Shown in pieces: positions 59,791-64,000 of a stretch of 64,000 nucleotides of DNA. The notes under the pieces were generated by a model, which was given only the letters and a program-made list of their open reading frames with translations, did not search any database and was not told the DNA's origin. Position 1 is the first letter of the stretch. Each line of letters opens with the position of its first letter. Position numbers and translations under genes: made by a program. Origin of the DNA: Nitrospirota bacterium (GTDB taxonomy: Bacteria > Nitrospirota > Nitrospiria > Nitrospirales > Nitrospiraceae); NCBI GenBank assembly GCA_963701855.1, contig CAVPBK010000009.1:128001-192000 (forward strand). The letters run 5' to 3'.

Positions 59791-60100
59791 CGGCACTAGC
59801 CTTGCTGGAGCGTTTCCTCAGTCCTATGCGCTGGTCTCCATCGGCTCCTGCAATGAGACGGCGCCCTGCTTCTCTCAATGACTCCCAGGCGGTCGTCGAA
59901 CGATAGGCCGCCATGCGCTCGTCAAAATGTGCGACGCAATCGGAGCAGTAACCGTGACTGAATACGAACCTATGACTGCGCGGCAACTGTCGGCTTATGG
60001 CATAGGTGTTCAGATCGACCCATGGACCTTTGCCGGCTTCCGTGTTCCTATCGTCTCGAATCTTGGAGCAGAAACAGCAGATCGGAACAAAATCATCCAC
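59708..60100 (-). CDS. Protein with a stand-alone Cys4 domain (PICxxCxKIRD...FSHGxCxxC) fused to DUF72-derived sequence
   Basis: RBS GAGGAGG before the GTG at 60100. Sequence VPICCFCSKIRDD...WVDL..Y...FSHGYCSDC. Confidence 0.65.
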   Translation of the reverse strand: MDDFVPICCFCSKIRDDRNTEAGKGPWVDLNTYAISRQLPRSHRFVFSHGYCSDCVAHFDERMAAYRSTTAWESLREAGRRLIAGADGDQRIGLRKRSSKASAVEDVYQTAKERAESYTKIVEELPQMRR

Positions 60101-60645
60101 GGCAGCCTCCTCAGTTAGGTGTAAAATGCATGCACCTAGCCATACGCTCTTCGGAGAGTTTTCAGACCTGGGAACTCTCCTAGTATTTCTCGTGAAGTAC
60201 TCTTCTGCAGGAGCCACCTTTATCCTCTGTTGAGTACAGTGAACATTCTACAACGAGGCGCACCAGCGGTGATTGGAACCGCCTTCGGGCTTTGCGTATG
60301 TACCGGCGGGAGTATCGCAGCTGAACCTTGCTAGTGGCGCTTGCTCCGTCGTTCGCAGCACACATTCTTGGTACACCGCATTGCTGTCGCTGGGACAGCT
60401 CCGGCCCGTCTCTTCACGGCCCTATAAAAATCATCGTGAACAAGACTAGGCTGTTCCACGGTACGCCCTGTGCTACGGATCCAGTAGATGTTAGTGAAAG
60501 CGCAAATGGAAGCATGGAGAGAGGGGGGTGGATCATTATTGGTCTCAGCCTGAACCCATAAAACAAAAGACGCACTGAGGAGAAATACGCCAACAGCGAG
60601 CGATAGATCATCAAGTCATTTCACATTTTGGTTAGGAGGGAGATC

Positions 60646-60981
60646 ATGAAGACATACTATGTCCTAACACTCTGCATGACTCTGGTGATCGGCGAAGTAT
60701 TCATGACCGGATCGCCGGACGCTCGTGAAACGGCGGACGAGAAGATGTCGAACCATGCCCGAGGAGGCGAGATCTTCGGACAACAGGGGCGCGCACCCGA
60801 AATGCACCAACATGACCAAGGGTCGTTGAACAATCACTCACACAATGGGAAAGTTCCTGTATCTGTTCCAGATCCTTCGACGTTGCTGCTGCTGGGTTCG
60901 AGCTTCGTGGGTTTAGTCGTGTGGTATTTTCGGAAACGAGAAAACAGGTATGGCATAACTTGTCTCAGCCGGAAGCCTTGA
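60646..60981 (+). CDS. Small PEP-CTERM-type surface protein
   Basis: RBS AGGAGG, an N-terminal hydrophobic segment, and the sorting signal VPDPSTLLLLGSSFVGLVVWYFRKR. Confidence 0.75.
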   Translation: MKTYYVLTLCMTLVIGEVFMTGSPDARETADEKMSNHARGGEIFGQQGRAPEMHQHDQGSLNNHSHNGKVPVSVPDPSTLLLLGSSFVGLVVWYFRKRENRYGITCLSRKP

Positions 60982-61041
60982 AGGGAAAGATGTATTGATT
61001 GACGAGAAGTAAAGAAGAGATTGCTGGGAATTGAAGCAGAC

Positions 61042-61073
61042 GGCTCGGCTCCAATATGGGCCGGGCCTTTATT
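61042..61073 (+). terminator. Possible intrinsic terminator after the PEP-CTERM gene
   Basis: GGCTCGGCTC...GGGCCGGGCC stem with G-U pairs, followed by TTTATT. Confidence 0.45.
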
Positions 61074-61342
61074 CCGATAACGCCTCCGAAATCCCCTGCA
61101 CGGTCAACAATGCATTTCCCTCAGCTCGATTGCTGCTCGGAACATAGGCGCAATGGCGGTTTCCGCCGCTGTCGCTGAGTGATGTTCGGACCAAATCTTG
61201 GACACCTCCAACCGCTTCCTGGCGGGATTCGCAGGACATCTCTTACGCCAATACTAGGGAGCTTCCTAGGTCTCATACCCCGCGATCCTGGCAGCATACA
61301 GGCCAACCCCCCGCACCTCACTTCACCCGGAGGTTTCACACC

Positions 61343-61621
61343 ATGCTACCCCTCGAAGCGGCTATTGTTGAAAAGCTGCAGAACGATGGTCCGTGCTGCC
61401 TAGACGATGTCGTCACTCACCTTTCCAGTTTCAGTTGGGGGGAAATATTCATGGCCGTTGATCGGATGTCGAGAGACGGACGATTGTTGCTTCACCAACG
61501 CAGGTACTCCACCTATCAGATTGCACTTGTTTTGCCCAATTCGCTTCAGCACAAGTCAGAAGGCAATACAATCAAGTCTGACGAGGTATACAGCAATGCG
61601 CGGCCACGAAGGGGAATGTGA
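61343..61621 (+). CDS. Hypothetical protein, possible winged helix
   Basis: RBS GGAGG. Sequence AIVEKLQ..GPCCLDDV...L..FSWGEIF.AVDRMSRDGRLLL. Confidence 0.6.
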   Translation: MLPLEAAIVEKLQNDGPCCLDDVVTHLSSFSWGEIFMAVDRMSRDGRLLLHQRRYSTYQIALVLPNSLQHKSEGNTIKSDEVYSNARPRRGM

Positions 61622-61706
61622 GGACGAAGGCTGAAGTGGAAGCTTTACGGATGAAGTGGAAACTGCAATATACTCTACCGGTTAAGTGCTCATGGTGAAC
61701 TCGCAG

Positions 61707-63189
61707 TGTGCGGCCACACTTAATTTGTAGACAGTTTCTTGATCATTGTAAGCCATCCTTTCTGCATAGAATTGACCCTCCCCTGATTTCATAGACACCT
61801 CCATAAGTGGGAGAATCATGAAATTGGAGGTCAGCATGGCAACAACAACGCGACGTCACTTTACCAACGCGTTCAAGTTCGAGGCCGTCCGGCTCACACG
61901 GGAATCGAGTCGGCCGGTGGCCCAGGTGGCGCGGGAGCTCGGGATTTCTGACAATGTGCTGTATCGGTGGAGGAGCGAGCAGCAGCAGGTCGAATCCCAG
62001 GGCCGCACGCGCCAGGCGGTGCGGGCCGAGCAGGACGAGCTGACACGGCTCAGACGAGAAAACGAGACGCTGCGGAAGGAGCGGGATTTTTTACAACGTG
62101 CGGCGGCGTTCTTCGCGAAGGAGTCCCAATGAGATACCGCGCGATCCAGGAGCATGACCGTCGCTATCCGATCCGGATGATGTGCCGCGCCCTCGCGGTC
62201 TCGGCTGCGGGCTATTACGCGTGGCGGTCACGGCCTGAGAGTCCCCGGTCCGTGAGCGCTCGTGCCCTGCTCTCGGCTATTCGAGTGATCCTATCAAGAG
62301 TCCCGCGAGACCTATGGCAGTCCCAGCATCTGGGATGCCCTGCTCAAACAGGGACACCGCATCGGCGAGCATCGCGTCGCGCGGCTGATGCGCCAGGACG
62401 GCATCCGAGCCAAGACGGTGAAGAAGTGGCGTGCCACCACCCAGTCCCAGCATCGGTTCCCCGTGGCGGCGAACACCCTCAATCGCCAGTTCACGGTCGA
62501 GGCTCCAAATCGGGTCTGGGCCGGGGACCTCACCTACGTGTGGACTACCGAGGGCTGGCTCTACCTCGCCGTCATCCTCGATCTCTACTCACGTCGCGTG
62601 ATCGGCTGGGCGATGGGCCACCGTCTGACCGTGGATCTGGCCGAGCATGCCCTCACCATGGCGCTAGCGAACCGGACACCCATGGCAGGGCTCCTGCACC
62701 ACTCGGATCGCGGCAGTCAGTATGCCGCCACGAGCTACCAGCAATTACTCGCTGCCCACGGCGTCACGGTAAGCATGAGCCGCAAAGGTAATTGTTGGGA
62801 CAACGCCTGCATCGAAAGCTTCTTCGGGACACTCAAGCGCGAGCTCGTGTACCATCGGCACTATGCAACCCGTGACGACGCGACACGGGATATCTTTGAG
62901 TACATTGAGGTGTTCTATAATCGGCAGCGCCGTCACTCGACCCTCGGCTATAACTTCCCGGCTGAGTACGAAGCGAGGACGGCAGTGGCTTAACCCGGTG
63001 TCCACGGAATTGGGAAATTCAGTCCACTTCGATTCTCCGCTTCCTAAGGGACATCCCGGCACACTTGCGCACGACTCTGGTGAGAGGCCCTCGGATGTCT
63101 TCTGTGGCGCTGGGTTCTGAATAAATTCAGCGGGTTTCCTGCATCCAGCTGACCACGCTGTCTGTCCACAGTTTAAATGGGGCACAACA
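61707..63189 (-). mobile_element. Second MITE copy, split by an IS3 insertion
   Basis: 61707-61772 plus 63019-63189 reassemble to about 237 bp, colinear with the reverse complement of 54870-55105. AAT is duplicated at the IS junctions. Confidence 0.82.
61773..63015 (+). mobile_element. IS3-family element with a frameshifted orfB and a shortened right end
   Basis: Left end TGACCCTCCCCTGATTTCATAGACACC. orfA spans 61836-62132. orfB spans 62129-62993 (W.GD.TY, HSDRGSQY, GNCWDNA..ESFF) with a +1 shift near 62292. Confidence 0.93.
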
Positions 63190-63586
63190 TTACTCTACGG
63201 ATCAAGAACCTTTAGGGCCCTTGCTGTGCACGAGGCTGATGCAGTGATCACGCGACGGAGAGCGGAGATCATAAGGCGTGTCACCATAACGATTGAGTAC
63301 ACGTGGGAGACCAGGCACACCGGGGAGCCGCTCGAGCATATACCCAGACATCACCAGCATACTACGAGGGATAGGGATAGAATGTCCCTCGTCGGACAAG
63401 ATGTTTCGCCTGGTGGGTAAGTCCGTAGTCTGCTCCGCTTCTGAAAATCACTCTAACATCTTGACAGTTTTGCAAATATCCTTGAGTGCGCCTCCAGCCT
63501 AAATCGGTGGCAGGAAATTTGCGGGTGATCTCATTCCAAGATTGCACGATATGTTTTTAGCATCTGGAAGAAAGGAGAATCGCCGC

Positions 63587-64000
63587 ATGCCTACTATGCG
63601 ATACATTCTGGTAAGTGCAATCGGCATATACGCGATAGGCGTGGCGGTGCTGCTGGGGCACGGGTATCTTGCCCAGTCATTTCCGATTCTCCTGAAGACT
63701 CATGACGAGGCAGTGCAGGACGGAGCGAAGGTGACGGTGCAGTTTCAAATCACGCCGCGGGATAATCCCACCACGACCTACAGCGATACCGAGCAGTTTA
63801 TCCAAGGCCAGCATATTATCCCGCCAGGCCTTGAGCAGCGGATGGCAGGCATGCACCCAGGAGAGAGCAAGACGTTTCCTCTCTCGGCGGAAGAAGGTTT
63901 TGGCCCCTATGATGACACAAAAACTCAAATTATCCCGGCAGCCGATCTGCCGCTCAAAGCCCGGGAAGGCGACACGGTAACTGATGATGCAGGCAGGCGT
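63587..64000 (+). CDS. FKBP-type peptidyl-prolyl isomerase (SlyD/FkpB-like) with an N-terminal membrane/signal segment; partial
   Basis: Manual translation: VQDGAKVTVQF...FIQGQH.IPPGLEQ.M.GM.PGE.KTF.LSAEEGFGPYD. RBS AAGGAG. Runs off the window. Confidence 0.85.
   Translation, partial: MPTMRYILVSAIGIYAIGVAVLLGHGYLAQSFPILLKTHDEAVQDGAKVTVQFQITPRDNPTTTYSDTEQFIQGQHIIPPGLEQRMAGMHPGESKTFPLSAEEGFGPYDDTKTQIIPAADLPLKAREGDTVTDDAGRR

Noticed and set aside
61967..62791. 274-aa ORF inside the IS
   Set aside because: It is an artefact of the +1 frameshift in orfB and not a separate gene.

Overview
The window looks like a Nitrospira-type (Nitrospirota) chromosome segment. This is inferred from gene families and intergenic repeats, not from a database search. 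It has two parts. Positions 1 to about 38.7 kb hold a large flagellar cluster, all on the minus strand. In transcription order it contains: a sigma54 activator, a TPR protein, an FlrB/FlrC-like two-component pair, flgBC, fliEFGHIJ, a MotE-like gene, fliK, flgDE, fliLMNOPQR, flhBAFG, fliA, a degenerate GGDEF gene, flgFGAHIJ, and flgMNKL (flgL runs off the window edge). Sigma54 and sigma28 promoters and GTCA-N6-TGAC activator boxes can be read directly from the sequence. The most unusual flagellar feature is a FliH fused to an intact N-terminal receiver domain that closely resembles the receiver of the upstream sigma54 activator. Next come an orphan NarL-type regulator, a translationally coupled HDOD-sthA pair and a ferritin-like gene. 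From about 43 to 64 kb lies an accessory mosaic. It contains decayed IS3-family elements, a ~236-bp IS-derived MITE (one intact copy with a GCCG target duplication, one interrupted by an IS), a divergent pair of tiny RHH-like regulator genes, small hydrophobic peptides, and a tRNA-Met(CAT) followed by a broken tyrosine integrase. It also carries GH15, HAD hydrolase, MscS, an orphan ThsB-like TIR gene, DUF72 3'-end remnants, a small PEP-CTERM protein and a partial FKBP-type PPIase. No CRISPR array or rRNA was seen.
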